This document shows, piece by piece, positions 1 to 11,338 of a stretch of 64,000 nucleotides of DNA; position 1 is the first letter of the stretch; the number at the start of each line of letters is the position of its first letter. Where the stretch lies: contig NW_003314439.1 of assembly GCF_000143415.4 (NCBI RefSeq), positions 80,186-144,185 on the forward strand. The letters are read 5' to 3'. This DNA comes from Selaginella moellendorffii (taxonomy: Eukaryota; Plantae; Lycopodiophyta). Position numbers and translations under genes: made by a program. Below the pieces are notes generated by a model. That model was given only the letters and a program-made list of their open reading frames with translations. It had not been told where the DNA came from and did not search any database.

Positions 1-754
1 AGATCCATTTTATGGAACTCTATGATCGTTGTGCATGCCCAATGCAGAGATCTTGATGGAGCAAGAAAGTTCACTATCATGGTATCGGAGCGCTCCAGGA
101 ATGGAGCAGAGATCTTGAGGACCTGTGAAGGATGAAGAAGAAGAAGCTTCCAGATGCCAACGGCAGAAGCAGAGTAGCCTAGAGAGCAGCAACAAAGCAA
201 TGGCAGAGCCGTACCAGCAGCCAGGAGTGGCAGATAGTAGCGACTCAGAAGCCCTGGAGTGGTAGAAGATGCCAATATGCTCCAAGAGAGGAGCAGCAGA
301 GCAGCCAAGAAGCCCAGGAGCAGCAGAGCAGTGACTCAGCAGGCTGAGAAGCAGAACAGCAGCAGGAGTGGCCAAGATGCTCAAAGAGAGGAGTAGCAGC
401 AGCCAAGTGAGCGGCGGCAGATAGCAGCGGCAGAGTTGGCTGAGAACCCCAGTAGTGGCAAAAGAGCTCCAAGAGAGGAGCAGCAACAGCCAAAGGAGCG
501 ATGGCAAAAGAGCCAAGAGTGGCCAAGCCCTAGAGCAACAAGATGTAGTTGATTTGGTGGGAGTCAGTGGAGTACCACCAGTTTAGATGAGTTTTTTTTT
601 CTTTTTTGCAGTTTTTCTCATCAGTTGTATGCATGCTGAGCATCTTATGTTATGCTGAGCAGAGTATGTCATTTAACTAGGAAACTAACAAGTTCTTTGC
701 GAGGATGAGCAGAGAGTCATAACACTTATCAACTCATTGGCTGCACTGATCTAG

Positions 755-1390
755 CGAAAGAAACATTCGACAGAATGCCACAGCATGATCTTAGAATGCA
801 GCGAACGCCCAGTGCGGTGAAACCGATCAATTACACAAACTCTTTCAATGCCTCAAAAACACCTACAGTTTTTTTAATGATCGCTGCATATGGGCATGTA
901 TACCAAGCAAAGTGCTTGTTTGACACTGTAAAAGTTCCATGGAATTGCATTAGGACCATGCGGGTAAAATGGACACTTGGACAATGCTTGGGCATTGTTT
1001 AGATGCCGTTTACAACCAAACATAGTGACCTGGAACGTTCTTATCGTGTTGTTTGCCCAGAATCCACATGGTGCTATGTCCATTCAGCTCCTTAAAGTCG
1101 TGAATCTAGAAGGATTCAAGCCGGGATTTTTTATCTTCCCTTGCTGCCACCTTGGGCTGGTAATCGAGAAACGTTAGCTAAGCTATGGTTTTTGACTACA
1201 GTACCGAGTGCTGCTATATCGGTGTTCTTGCAGGAGCTGCGCTCTTAAATGATGCCGAGGAGCTCATTAACACAATGCCATTTTTTCCAGATGTTTCCAA
1301 TTGGGGATGCTTCCCTGTAAGATTAGAGTTGAGAGGACTGTTAGTGCTGCTTACAATGCCATCGTGATGGATCCTAAAACCTCAGCGCCA
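755..1390 (+). pseudogene. Degraded PLS-class PPR gene fragment
   Basis: PPR/E-motif peptides in several frames (KETFDRMPQHDL, YGHVYQAKCLFD, PNIVTWNVLIVLFAQN, LLNDAEELINTMPFFPDVSNWG), broken by stops and frameshifts. Confidence 0.75.
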
Positions 1391-2519
1391 TAGACAATTT
1401 TTCATCATGCTTTGACCAGTGTGGTTAAACTTTTTGCCTTGTAAAGCTTATTATTAACAGAATTTCATCTATAAATGATTGCAAACGATTGAGTGCTTGT
1501 GAAGCCAATCTATCCCAAGAAATATACTCTTAGAAGAGTCTTTCAATTGATCAGCTACAAGTGGCCTCAATCTAAAATATTTTTGACTTTGAACTATGGA
1601 GCTTAAGTTTTTTGACAAGATTAAGTGATATAGCTGAACTTTCACACAGGGGATAATGAAAAGTACTACATATATGTTGATTTATTCTTCTAAACCTTCT
1701 TGTCAACCGAGATAAGTTATTGTCACCGCTGTCTCAAAAGTTATGTTACTTTTAGTAAATTCAATTCTAAGTAATGTATAAATATTATATCCTTATTTGA
1801 AACAATTAATACACTAAAAATTCACAATCACTGTGAATTTAATGTTCAATGTTGAACTTGTTCACTAATTTACAAGAAAAGCCATTGTGAAGCTGCAATT
1901 AAACCCTCCCTGATCAAAGGCAACGCCTTGTCTCAAATAGACCTCGAAAGCACATACTAGACGTGAGACAGAAAGATACCAAATGTTACGTACAGCATTC
2001 AGGCCTTCTAAAGAATATCTCTTTACTTGAAGAACTTCTGCACAGCCAATCGCTGGACTGTCTAACGGAGATGAGGCTAGGAGTTCACCGCTCTCTCGTC
2101 GCGATCCAGATTGAGTCCGAGCACACTGGCTGAAAGAGCTTATCATACACAATATCACAAAAGTTACACAGAGCAAAGGGAATAGCAAGTATGAGCATGT
2201 CTCTTTTTGTCCAAGCAAGAACTGGATTCCCTGGTGGCGTGTAGAACATGTGGTTGGCTGGTTTCGTTAAGAAGATCTTTGGTGAATTTGGATCACCTCC
2301 ACGGGGATTTCGAGGTTGCATTGGTTCGAGGAGGATTGCATCAAGTTAGATCCTTACGTAAACATGTAAGCCAGGGAAAAGAGAGGACAGCGCGCTTGCC
2401 ACACTTCACCCACTGCGCCCCCATCGCAGCTGCTCGTCCTGGAGCGCCTGTAAGCAATACAATCCTTCTCGCGTGTGCGCCAAGAGATGACAAGCATTTT
2501 GCAGGATGAGGTGATTGCT

Positions 2520-3350
2520 TTCATCCATGGAGACGAGATTGCGACTCACAGACTCGTGATCTTCCCGCTCCGTTGGAGATGACTGGAGTGACGATGGTGA
2601 CGACGAGAAGGAAACGGCCAAGCCGCAAGAGCAAGGTGGTACTGTCGATCGTCCTGCTAATGAAGAATGTAACCGGGAGGCTTTTCGTGCGCAACCTTGC
2701 ATACACCACGAGGTGTGTTCTTCAAACGTCGTAGCCTCATCTTGTTTTCTCGTGTTTTTCTTTACCAGTGAAGAGGAACTGGTTTCCCTGTTCGGCCAGT
2801 ATGGGGAAGTTGTCCAAGTTCATTTGATTTGTGACAAATGTTGTGTTCATGCTACCAGAAGCAGCAACGAGGTGCTGAGTTTTCTGAAGGACTAAATTCC
2901 CGTATTATGCAGGGCCAAGGAAGACTCTTACCTGCATTTCATGTCTCCTCTCCGGGATTCTAGAGATCGTTCCATGAACCTGAAACAAGAGAGGGAGGTG
3001 GGAGCGCAAGAAAAAGGAGTCTAGCGGCAATACGCAAGCATGGAATCCTGGCCAGATTATACGGTGTGTAGAGTTGACTCAACTCTTACAGTTTGATCAC
3101 TGCGTGACGCAGGTGGCCAAGCTATGGGATCTCCAGACGTGAGTTTTCTGGATCCAGAAGCTGAGGACGTTGCCGAGGGTCTTGCTCTGGGAGAAACGCA
3201 CGTCCTTTTCATTAGCTCAGCAAGGCGTAAAACCATGTGGAGGTGCTGGAGGAGATCATGCTCTCCTCGTCAAGAATCTTCCCTTCAGCACAACGGAATC
3301 GGAGAAAGTCTTGGAGCTTCCACTGACAAAAACCGTTGCTATCGTATGTG
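2520..3350 (+). pseudogene. Fragmentary multi-RRM protein, MRD1/RBM19-like
   Basis: Peptides VTGRLFVRNLAYTT, EEELVSLFGQYGEVVQVHLICDK, FLDPEAEDVAEGLALGETHV and LLVKNLPFSTTESE resemble successive RBM19/Mrd1 segments, but frames are disrupted and the gene is incomplete. Confidence 0.6.
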
Positions 3351-3423
3351 AGTTTTCTTCGTCTTGGTGTTTCCTCCTGATCGCTTTATCTGTTCGTTTG
3401 ACACTAGGTGGAGTTTCTGGAGT

Positions 3424-3475
3424 CCTCGACTCCATCTTGGATCTAGTCTTAGGCTCCATCTCGGACTCTATCTCG
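3424..3475 (-). repeat. Short relic resembling the family-A LTR minisatellite
   Basis: Reverse complement reads gagatagagtccgagatggagcc...ccaagatggagtcgag, like the gagatggagtcc units at 48450-48940. Confidence 0.4.
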
Positions 3476-4129
3476 TCCTCTGAGCACTTCAAAGGCCCAG
3501 TACAAGCCGGTTCCTTGCGGAAAGCGACGGTGCGTGTTTTCTTCTTCTTTCCACCAAGAGAGACTGTTCTTAGAATGGTTTGTGGAAGTTACAGGTGACA
3601 AGAAAGCCATCCGAAACTGGAGCATCCCTGTCAATGGGTTTCGGCTGACACGGCCGAGCGTGTCTGCAAAGGAAATGCAGGTGAGAGACGTTTTACTGTC
3701 ACACCGGGGATAATCGATCGTGTGCAGGGTGGGTCTGCGGTCATCTCGTGTAGTGAAGAGCAGCAGCAGCACGCACCAAAGCATGTAAGGTAACTTCGCT
3801 CGCCTCCTTGCTGGATTGGCAGACCGCCTGTCAATCCCGCAGCGTGGCCTCTTGGACGCCAAGCACAGGCACGTAAAAAGGACGATGGAAGATCCTGTGT
3901 CGTGATTCCAGGGGATGCCACCCAGCATGGGGACGAGCAGATTCAAGATCCATTCGTGCGCACTCGATCGGTTGGAGCTGGGAAGTTTGAAGGGCTTAGA
4001 CTCGCGATATCTCCTTCCAGTCATTCCTAATGTGTCCTGAGTTAGTAGCATCGCAAGTTCGGTGAGACGATGCAGTCATTCTTGGTTCTCTTGCTTGTGC
4101 ACTTCACTTTGGGAGAGTTAGTTTTCAAA

Positions 4130-5600
4130 CTTCAACAAGTAGTATACATGGTCGATGTTATGTGAAATTATGATTGGATAATGGTGTAGATGTTGTTTAT
4201 CTTATTGTCTTGAATCTGGCTGGGATTTGTTAACTATATGATTATTTAGTAATGAATAATTGATCTTAAGTAGATTTTAAGATAAACAAATTAATTAATT
4301 ACCTAATTACCTAATTAATTAATTAATTAATGTTACTTAATTTTACCTTTAACAATATTTTAATTTACAATTTTGCTACTCTTTGATATAGCATTTGCCT
4401 TCTATAGAATTTTAGTGTGCAGCACTTTGTTCACCCATTGTTATTTATTAGCTATAGTTATTAATTTTTTATAATATTATAATTAAATTAAATTTATATT
4501 TAGAAATTAAATAACTTTTTTAGATTCTCAAGGAGAAACAAGAATTATAACCTTTATAATGCGTTTTTTTAGTTTTAAAAAAAAACTTTTCCTTCTATGT
4601 TCATTAAAACTTAATTTTTTTCTTTGTAGTAGCATTTAAGAAATTTGAACTGTTGTTCGCACTATATTAATTTAAGTTTTGTCAAACTAAAATGCAGTTT
4701 ATGATGACATAGTAATGTGTTTTATGTTACAAATGTTATCTTTCTATAGAATAGAATTCTTATTTTAATCTTTGCCTTTGAGATAATATAATTAGAATTA
4801 GTTCAACATATATTGAAAAAGGATTTAGCATATATAAGATTTTAAAAATTTATAACTTTAAATCATAATTTAATTTTACTCTTAAATCTTGATAATTTCA
4901 AAGGTTTTCTATTATTGAATTGATTGTGATCATCAATATCTAAAAGATGCCTCAAACAAATTGAAGAATTCTTGTACTATTAAAGTAAAAATTAAATAAC
5001 TCCTCTGAAAAAATTTATTGTAAAAATTATATAATTTTTAAAATTTTATATATAAATAATATGTTATGAGTAACATATTAAATTTAGTAGTAAATACCAG
5101 ATAAGCATAGAATTAAACAAAAAACTTATTTCATTAAAACAACTTGGTCCCAACCGTGTTCGGCCAAAATCCTGACCACCGTTGAACGCGGTCGGCCGAA
5201 CACGGTCGGACAGCTTTGTTTGGTGATTTTGTTCGGCGATTATCCTAATTTATAATGTTTTAACACACATTATCTTAATTAAGCTTATATGAGATAAGGA
5301 CAAAGGAAAACAAATAAAATAATTTAAAAATGAAAAAAAAATACACTTATAGACTTTTGATTGAATCTTTAATATTATTTAAATGAATTGTAGAAAAAAA
5401 CTTTAATGTCTACTTGATAGAAAAAAAAAATTCTTAGTATCAATACAGGTTCATTATTAACAAATAAAACACAAATACAAAGAAAACATTATTTATTATA
5501 AATATTTTTTAAAAATGTTCAAATTACTACAAAATGATTCAAGGTGCAAGTTCAGTTTCTAACACCTTGATACAAAATCTTAACTAACACAAGTGAATAG
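4130..5600. other. Very AT-rich intergenic tract with TAAT microsatellite (~4288-4331)
   Basis: No ORFs, strongly AT-rich compared with flanking genes; aattaattaatt runs. Confidence 0.7.
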
Positions 5601-5619
5601 ATGATAGCTATCAAGTCTG

Positions 5620-6351
5620 TTATGGGAGATTAACAATGCAAGGTATAGGATGCAATGGCTCGAGATTAAGCAGCTGTGGTGGAGGAACGCACCTCCTTTT
5701 CCATAGACAAACTTCAAGCCTCGGGCTCAAGTTGTCACTTGAGGAAGAACAGCAGCTTTGCGTGCCACAGTCGTTCATTCGCTGGGTTTCCTCGTGATCA
5801 ATCCCCAACTTGGATACTTTCCTAGCTCCAGTTTCTTTTGCAATTTCTCCATTTTCGGGTAAGACCGGGCTCAAGGCCGAGGCAGGAGCTCGAGACGTTG
5901 GCGCTTGCGACGAGAGAAGCTCGGATCCAGTCTTCTCTAATCTGATTGAGTTTCTGCCTCCCATGCAAAGAATCCTCCCTGGTCTCCGGAAGAAATGATT
6001 ATTCTCGCGAATAATCCTGCCATGTTTTCCTCTTCCAGCACTGACATGGCCAATGCAACTCACTGACGGCGAAGATGGCTCCAGCTCTACGAGCTCTTCG
6101 GGTATGCTGTGGAAGTTTAGAGCAGTGGAGTGACCGATTTGCTGCTGCTTCTTCTTCTCGGATGGGCTGGAAGTGGGAAACACGAGCTTTCTAGTGAAGA
6201 GACGTTGGATTCCTCGGCTGAGCCATGGTGGAAGGCATCTTGGGGAATACGTGCATTCCAATCTTCGGAATTGATCATTAGATGTCGTGCAGCTCACTCT
6301 GCTGCTTGATTGTGGCGAATCCGATGAATAATCTTCTTCCCAGACGCCCAT
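5620..6351 (-). CDS. Plant-specific uncharacterised protein, 243 aa
   Basis: Intact ATG ORF with EPSSPSVSCIGHV and C-terminal LWKRRCVPPP motifs, typical of a plant family of unknown function (EPxSPKVSCxGQV / LWKRR). Confidence 0.65.
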   Translation of the reverse strand: MGVWEEDYSSDSPQSSSRVSCTTSNDQFRRLECTYSPRCLPPWLSRGIQRLFTRKLVFPTSSPSEKKKQQQIGHSTALNFHSIPEELVELEPSSPSVSCIGHVSAGRGKHGRIIRENNHFFRRPGRILCMGGRNSIRLEKTGSELLSSQAPTSRAPASALSPVLPENGEIAKETGARKVSKLGIDHEETQRMNDCGTQSCCSSSSDNLSPRLEVCLWKRRCVPPPQLLNLEPLHPIPCIVNLP

Positions 6352-6712
6352 AGTGTTCGGAAATGGAGCACTACTTACCTTGAGAAATAACTGGGAGATC
6401 TTGTGATCAATGTTCGCAGATCCAAGCTAGGGCCCAAGGTGTTCTTGGAGAAATAGCAGAAAAATAATAGAAAAATGGAAGAACACTGCCGTGTCAAGAA
6501 AATCCAGGGCAGGACAGTTTTGTCTCTGATAGGAAAAAAGAGAGAGAATTGGAGAAAAACTGGAACTTTCAATTAAATGACTTTGAATCTTCAACTTGTT
6601 CTAGATCTCAAGACTCCGCAAAGACTTATGTAAAAACGTGATGTAGCCGGTTTTCAAATGAGTGAATATACCATACAAGAACCCTAAAAATATTTTTAGG
6701 GTTTTAGCCTCA

Positions 6713-7501
6713 ATGGCAACGCACAGCGATCCTCTCACGGAGCTCCCGCCGCCGTCTCGCTTCGATCCGGAAGACCTGGAGCTTCTCAGCGACGATCCCT
6801 CTCAGGTAATCCCCACTCCGGCGCCATTCGTGGCATGGAGGAACGACGAGGCGAAAATCCTCCGCCCGGAGCTCCTCCTCCTCGGCTTCTCGCGGCCGTC
6901 GTGCACCCTCCTCCACCACATCCCAGGCAAGAAGCTCCTCGCATCGATTGTGCTGCCGGGAATCTCCATGGCTGGCAACTCGATCGCTGCTCCATCGCCG
7001 GAGGATCACTGTTGCTGCCTCTACGCTCTGGACGGGGATTGCTCGATCGTGGCGGCGCTCGTCCAGTACCGGATCCCGCCCGAGAAATACCACGAGTGGG
7101 TCAGGGTTCTCTTCGCGGCCGTGAATCCGGATGCGATTCTCGCGATGGAGCTCCTCCAGGCCGAGAATTTCCGGTCCAGGCTCTCGGTGGACGATCCGAT
7201 GCTCTTCACTCTCGAGACCGACGCGATGAGAGCCGAGAAGAGAGAGCAGCAAATCCCCCCGTTCTTGCCGTCGGGGAGCTTGATCGATGGGCCGGCGGCC
7301 GCGGTGCTGAGCTACTGCCAGATGCAATCTCTGCGCGCGAGATTGCTCGTGTCGTGGCCGGAGCGTGATGTTTCTTGCCTGGGGAAGAGCTTGCAAGATC
7401 TTACGAGCTACTTGCCGGGCGCTAGAACTCTGGGATTTGCGCAGGCATCGAAAGCTAGTGTGGGAAAGCGAGGTATTTCTACCTACGAGCTTTTCATGTG
7501 A
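6713..7501 (+). CDS. Proteasome assembly chaperone 1-like protein (plant PAC1/PSMG1-like)
   Basis: ATG at 6713; N-terminal DPLTELPPPSRF and C-terminal PFLPSGSLIDGPAAAVLSYCQ match the plant PAC1-like family as recalled; intronless. Confidence 0.65.
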   Translation: MATHSDPLTELPPPSRFDPEDLELLSDDPSQVIPTPAPFVAWRNDEAKILRPELLLLGFSRPSCTLLHHIPGKKLLASIVLPGISMAGNSIAAPSPEDHCCCLYALDGDCSIVAALVQYRIPPEKYHEWVRVLFAAVNPDAILAMELLQAENFRSRLSVDDPMLFTLETDAMRAEKREQQIPPFLPSGSLIDGPAAAVLSYCQMQSLRARLLVSWPERDVSCLGKSLQDLTSYLPGARTLGFAQASKASVGKRGISTYELFM

Positions 7502-7743
7502 TCAATGTTTTTGAAACAATTTCTTCTCATATTATAAATGAAAAATAAATGCCTTTGGTTAAGGATGGCATTTACAGTTGTTATTTATTTAAATTAATTG
7601 TTGTATTATAATTTATAGATTTTTTAAAACGCTAAGGTACTAATTATTGATCAAATGGATTAATAAATAATACTAAATAAGGCAACCCTACCAAAAATAA
7701 GAGTTTAAACCTGATTATTGGGAGAAACTATAGATTAATTAAG

Positions 7744-8730
7744 TCAAAGGCTGGAGCACTTGTTCATGAACTGGATCATCTCTCCGTACGAGTACTCCAT
7801 TTCTCCCTCGACCTCTGGAAACAGCACGAAATGGCCTCGATCTGGATATTCTACAAGCTTTGCATCCTTCCCAGCTTTCCGGAGCTCTTCGTAGTACTCC
7901 ACTACGCGGCTGTAGAGCACGTCTCCAGCTCCCACCACCACCAGCAATGGCGGCATTGGATCGATCTTGGCGATCTCCTCGGCCCTCGGAACTCTGCAGT
8001 AACCATGGTCGCGGTTGGCACCCTCGGGGAGACAAAATCGCCAGAGAGTATCGCAATGGGCGAGTGTGAGAAGGTCGGGCTGGACCAGCGACTGGATCTC
8101 GGACTTGGATCTCTCCTCGCCGCCAAAGAATGGAGCCACTGAAACCAGACCTTTGATCCCCAGCGGCGAGAGGTCCCTGTGGATCGACCGGGCAGCCATG
8201 TAGTGGACGATTGTCCCTCCGGAGCTGTTGCCCATGAGGAAGATCCGGGAGAAGTCCGCGTTCTTGAGCCACGGGTCGCGATCCATGGGCGATTGCTGGG
8301 CCTGGGACTGAAGCCACTGAAGAGACGCGAAAGAATCGTCGAATGCCACGGGGAGGCGGTGCTCCGGCGCTAGCCTGTAGGCGACGGAGACGACGATCAT
8401 CCCCATCTTCCGGGAGATACCACTGCAAATACTGTGGGATCGCATCGAAGCAGGAGAGGTGGAAGCGAATCCACCGGCATGGAAGTAGACGAGTAGCGCG
8501 CGCTTACCGGTGAAGCTAGCATCGTCGATCACTGTAGCCGATTTGGGAGCGAAGATTCGAGCCCACATTCCCGTTCCTTCGTCCAGGATCACGTCCTTGC
8601 ATCCAAATTCGCCCTTCTCGAAGCTCGGATCGGCAGGGCAATCGGGATCGGGCCACTGGGGCCTGACGATTCTGCCATCGCTGAAGAGCTGGATGCCTCC
8701 AAAATCGCCCAGCAGCTCGCAATTGGCCAT
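7744..8730 (-). CDS. Carboxylesterase (CXE, HSL-family alpha/beta hydrolase)
   Basis: LVYFHAGGF, VSVAYRLAPEHRLPVAFDD, RIFLMGNSSGG (nucleophile Ser), GAGDVL (Asp), DRGHF (His). Confidence 0.92.
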   Translation of the reverse strand: MANCELLGDFGGIQLFSDGRIVRPQWPDPDCPADPSFEKGEFGCKDVILDEGTGMWARIFAPKSATVIDDASFTGKRALLVYFHAGGFASTSPASMRSHSICSGISRKMGMIVVSVAYRLAPEHRLPVAFDDSFASLQWLQSQAQQSPMDRDPWLKNADFSRIFLMGNSSGGTIVHYMAARSIHRDLSPLGIKGLVSVAPFFGGEERSKSEIQSLVQPDLLTLAHCDTLWRFCLPEGANRDHGYCRVPRAEEIAKIDPMPPLLVVVGAGDVLYSRVVEYYEELRKAGKDAKLVEYPDRGHFVLFPEVEGEMEYSYGEMIQFMNKCSSL

Positions 8731-8783
8731 CGCAGTGGACGAAGAATTTAAAACACGGAGCGTTGAATATCCACATTGTTAAT

Positions 8784-8865
8784 GTCGCTTTGGCCGAGTG
8801 GTTAAGGCGTGTGCCTGCTAAGTACATGGGGTTTCCCCGCGAGTGTTCGAATCTCTCAGGCGACG
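8784..8865 (+). tRNA. tRNA-Ser(GCT)
   Basis: GTCGCTT...AGGCGACG acceptor stem, TGGCCGAGTGG A-box, CTGCTAA anticodon loop, long variable arm, GTTCGAATC B-box, T6 tract at 8883-8888; one T-T mismatch in the T-stem (8844). Confidence 0.93.
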
Positions 8866-8923
8866 CTTTCTTAAACCTTCCATTTTTTCTCCTTTCATCG
8901 CAGGTTAGGGTTCCAATCGCGCC

Positions 8924-11310
8924 ATGGGACGGAGGCGAGAGCGCAGGCAGGGAACTAGTCGCCGGGTGAAGCTCGATCTCACAGATTCCGAGCCGCAAGG
9001 TAAGATTACCTCGCAATCTTTGCATCAATCGAGAGAAGTTTTTATTCTTTCAGAGAATGCGGCCGCCGATTCCAAAGCGGGAGAAGAGATTGCCGATAGA
9101 TCTAGAAACGATGGGGACACTACTACTGCCGCTGCTTCACCACCATCCAACTCAGGTGGGTTACTCGGGCATGCTTTTGATGGCCGACCGCTTTGGAATT
9201 GTGTGCCGGGTCTCGCTCGGTTGCTTGAAAACTCTATAAGCCTCCAGAAGCACAAGGCTGGTCACTTCTTCTTTTCGTTTGTGAGGTCTACTACTCAGAA
9301 CCAGCAGCGAAGAAAGATGGTAGCGGCTCGTCAGCAAATGGCCTTTGCGGTTCGTATGATTCTCGCTCAGCTAGTTTAGTCTTGCTGTGGATATCTGGAA
9401 GAAGTCCCTCTGGCGTTTTTCAAGCGTTCTTACGAGTTCTTGGTGCTCCAGGTGCTCCAGAGAATTCGTTATCGTTGTTGGGCCAGTACGATGCCGACGA
9501 TGATGGGAAGGTGGAGTCGGAGGAGAAAACCTCTTCTGGAAATATCGATGAAAAGAAAATGGATGCAGAGGTAGAATCTACTTTGTATTTCTAGCCGCTG
9601 AGTGGTTGCTCTGTGAATCAGGTGGCTGATTTTATTGCCGAGCTTGAGACAAGCGGATTGCTAGACGCGAATGCGTCCGAGACTTCGGAACCAGAAGCGA
9701 AACAAGTTGTTGAGCCAACAACAGAAGCTGCGGAGATCAGATCGGTTGTGGAAAGAACAAGTCGTCCGTCTCTGGCCTCCATGATCGGGGACGTTGTCGA
9801 GAAAGTGCTCGCAGAGAATGAACCGGAGAAATGCGACTGGAGAGCTGTTCTTCACGAGGAAAGTGGGGAGTATTACTATTGGAATGTGGTGACTGGGGAA
9901 ACAACTTGGAACAAGCACGACGGTTCTGTAGAGGCTGCTGTAGGCGTGGCACCTTTACCTTCAGAGTCTTACCCGGGATTGCAAGCCACTTACGCTCCGG
10001 CCATCTGTGATGTGAACTATTCTGGATTAGTCGGGACTTCAGACGACGCTGATACGCGGCTTGGATCAGCTGCCCTCGTACAACTCGGAGAGACAATTTG
10101 CGAACGCTTGAAAGGTCTTTGCGGGTGAGCAAATAATGCATTGGTAGTTTTGAGCTGAAAGTGTTTCCGCAGGGACGCTTTGGTGACATTACCAAATCGC
10201 ATACGGCTGGCTGTCGAAGCAGAGATACGGCTATCCGATTGCCGGCTGCTCATGGCGCAAGGAATGACTGACGGTCTCATGTGGACAAATACAGAAGCTC
10301 ATATACGACGAATCGAGTCATTGCTTGTAGCCGAGCAGCAAGAGCAAGAGGCTGGTGTGAGAGCTGAAGACGAAGATGTTGATATGGAGGTCGATATGGA
10401 TATTGAGGAACCTGAAATGATCCAGCAGGCTGTGCCGCCACCTGATGAAGACTCTGCTCCTCCGCCACCTCCCGAGCCAGAAATTATTCCCCCGCCGCCA
10501 GCGCAAGAACCTCTTTCTGATCTGACAACCAACAGAGACGCGGTTCCACCCCGCGGAGAAATGGAGACTTCTACATCTGCGAGCAGTGCGGCACTTGTGG
10601 AAGCAGCGGCAGCCGCTGCTAAAAAAGCAAGTAAAGGTATTTCGTGTCTTTATGTCAGATGTGTGGTTCTGACGCTAGCATGTGTGCAGCTACGCGAATG
10701 AAGAAGGGAAATGCGCCAGTTCTCGTGAGTAAAACAAGCAAAATGTCATCCCTTGTAAACAAGGTAGTGTTTTGTTTTTCTCAATTTGATTGGGTTCTAA
10801 GTAAATTTTTGGTTGTGTCTTTTCTGCAGTGGATGGCTGCGAAGCAAGAGTTGCATGAAAGTGATGATGAAGATGGCGAGAAAGAACTATATGATCACGA
10901 GGCAATAGAAAGAAAGCGGCAAAGAGAGATTGATGATTGGCGCAGGGAGCAGATTGCAAGTGGACAAGCTTTGGACAACGTCAATTTTCAACCTCTAGGA
11001 CCAATAGACTGGTAAGTCTGACGTCCACTTACTGCCTTTGCCTGATGATGAACACACTTCCAGGAGGGATAGGGTGAAGCGAGCAAGGAAAGAAGGTCAA
11101 TCAAAAGTTTCTTCAACAAGCAAGAAGCATCCAAATCTGGACGTGCTTTCGAAAGGTCTTGCACCGGGGTGGAAGGTACGATTGAGTGTTTTGATCTAGG
11201 CTATGTACTGATATTGCATATATCAGGCTTTCTACGATGAAAAATCTGGTGATGTCTATTACGGAAACTTAGAAACATCTGAAACGACATGGGATAGGCC
11301 AGTCGCGTGA
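8924..11310 (+). CDS. WW-domain protein, formin-binding protein 4 (FNBP4)-like, multi-exon
   Basis: MGRRRERR...RRVKLDL start, NSLSLLGQYD, WW domain WRAVLHEESGEYYYWNVVTGETTW, SLVNKW motif, NVNFQPLG and a second WW (GLAPGWK...YYGNLETSETTWDRP*); short GT-AG introns. Confidence 0.85.
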
Positions 11311-11338
11311 ACAGTTTTGTTTTAAACGCTCGAGAGGA

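Noticed and set aside
1-545. 168-aa Leu-rich ORF over a gagcagcag-rich degenerate repeat
   Set aside because: Low-complexity sequence cut by the window edge; no domain can be supported.
3449-4051. 200-aa minus-strand ORF
   Set aside because: No recognisable motif, and it overlaps pseudogene and repeat debris.
7744-8730. Possible GID1 gibberellin receptor
   Set aside because: Lacks the GID1 N-terminal lid and retains the catalytic His; an ordinary CXE fits better.
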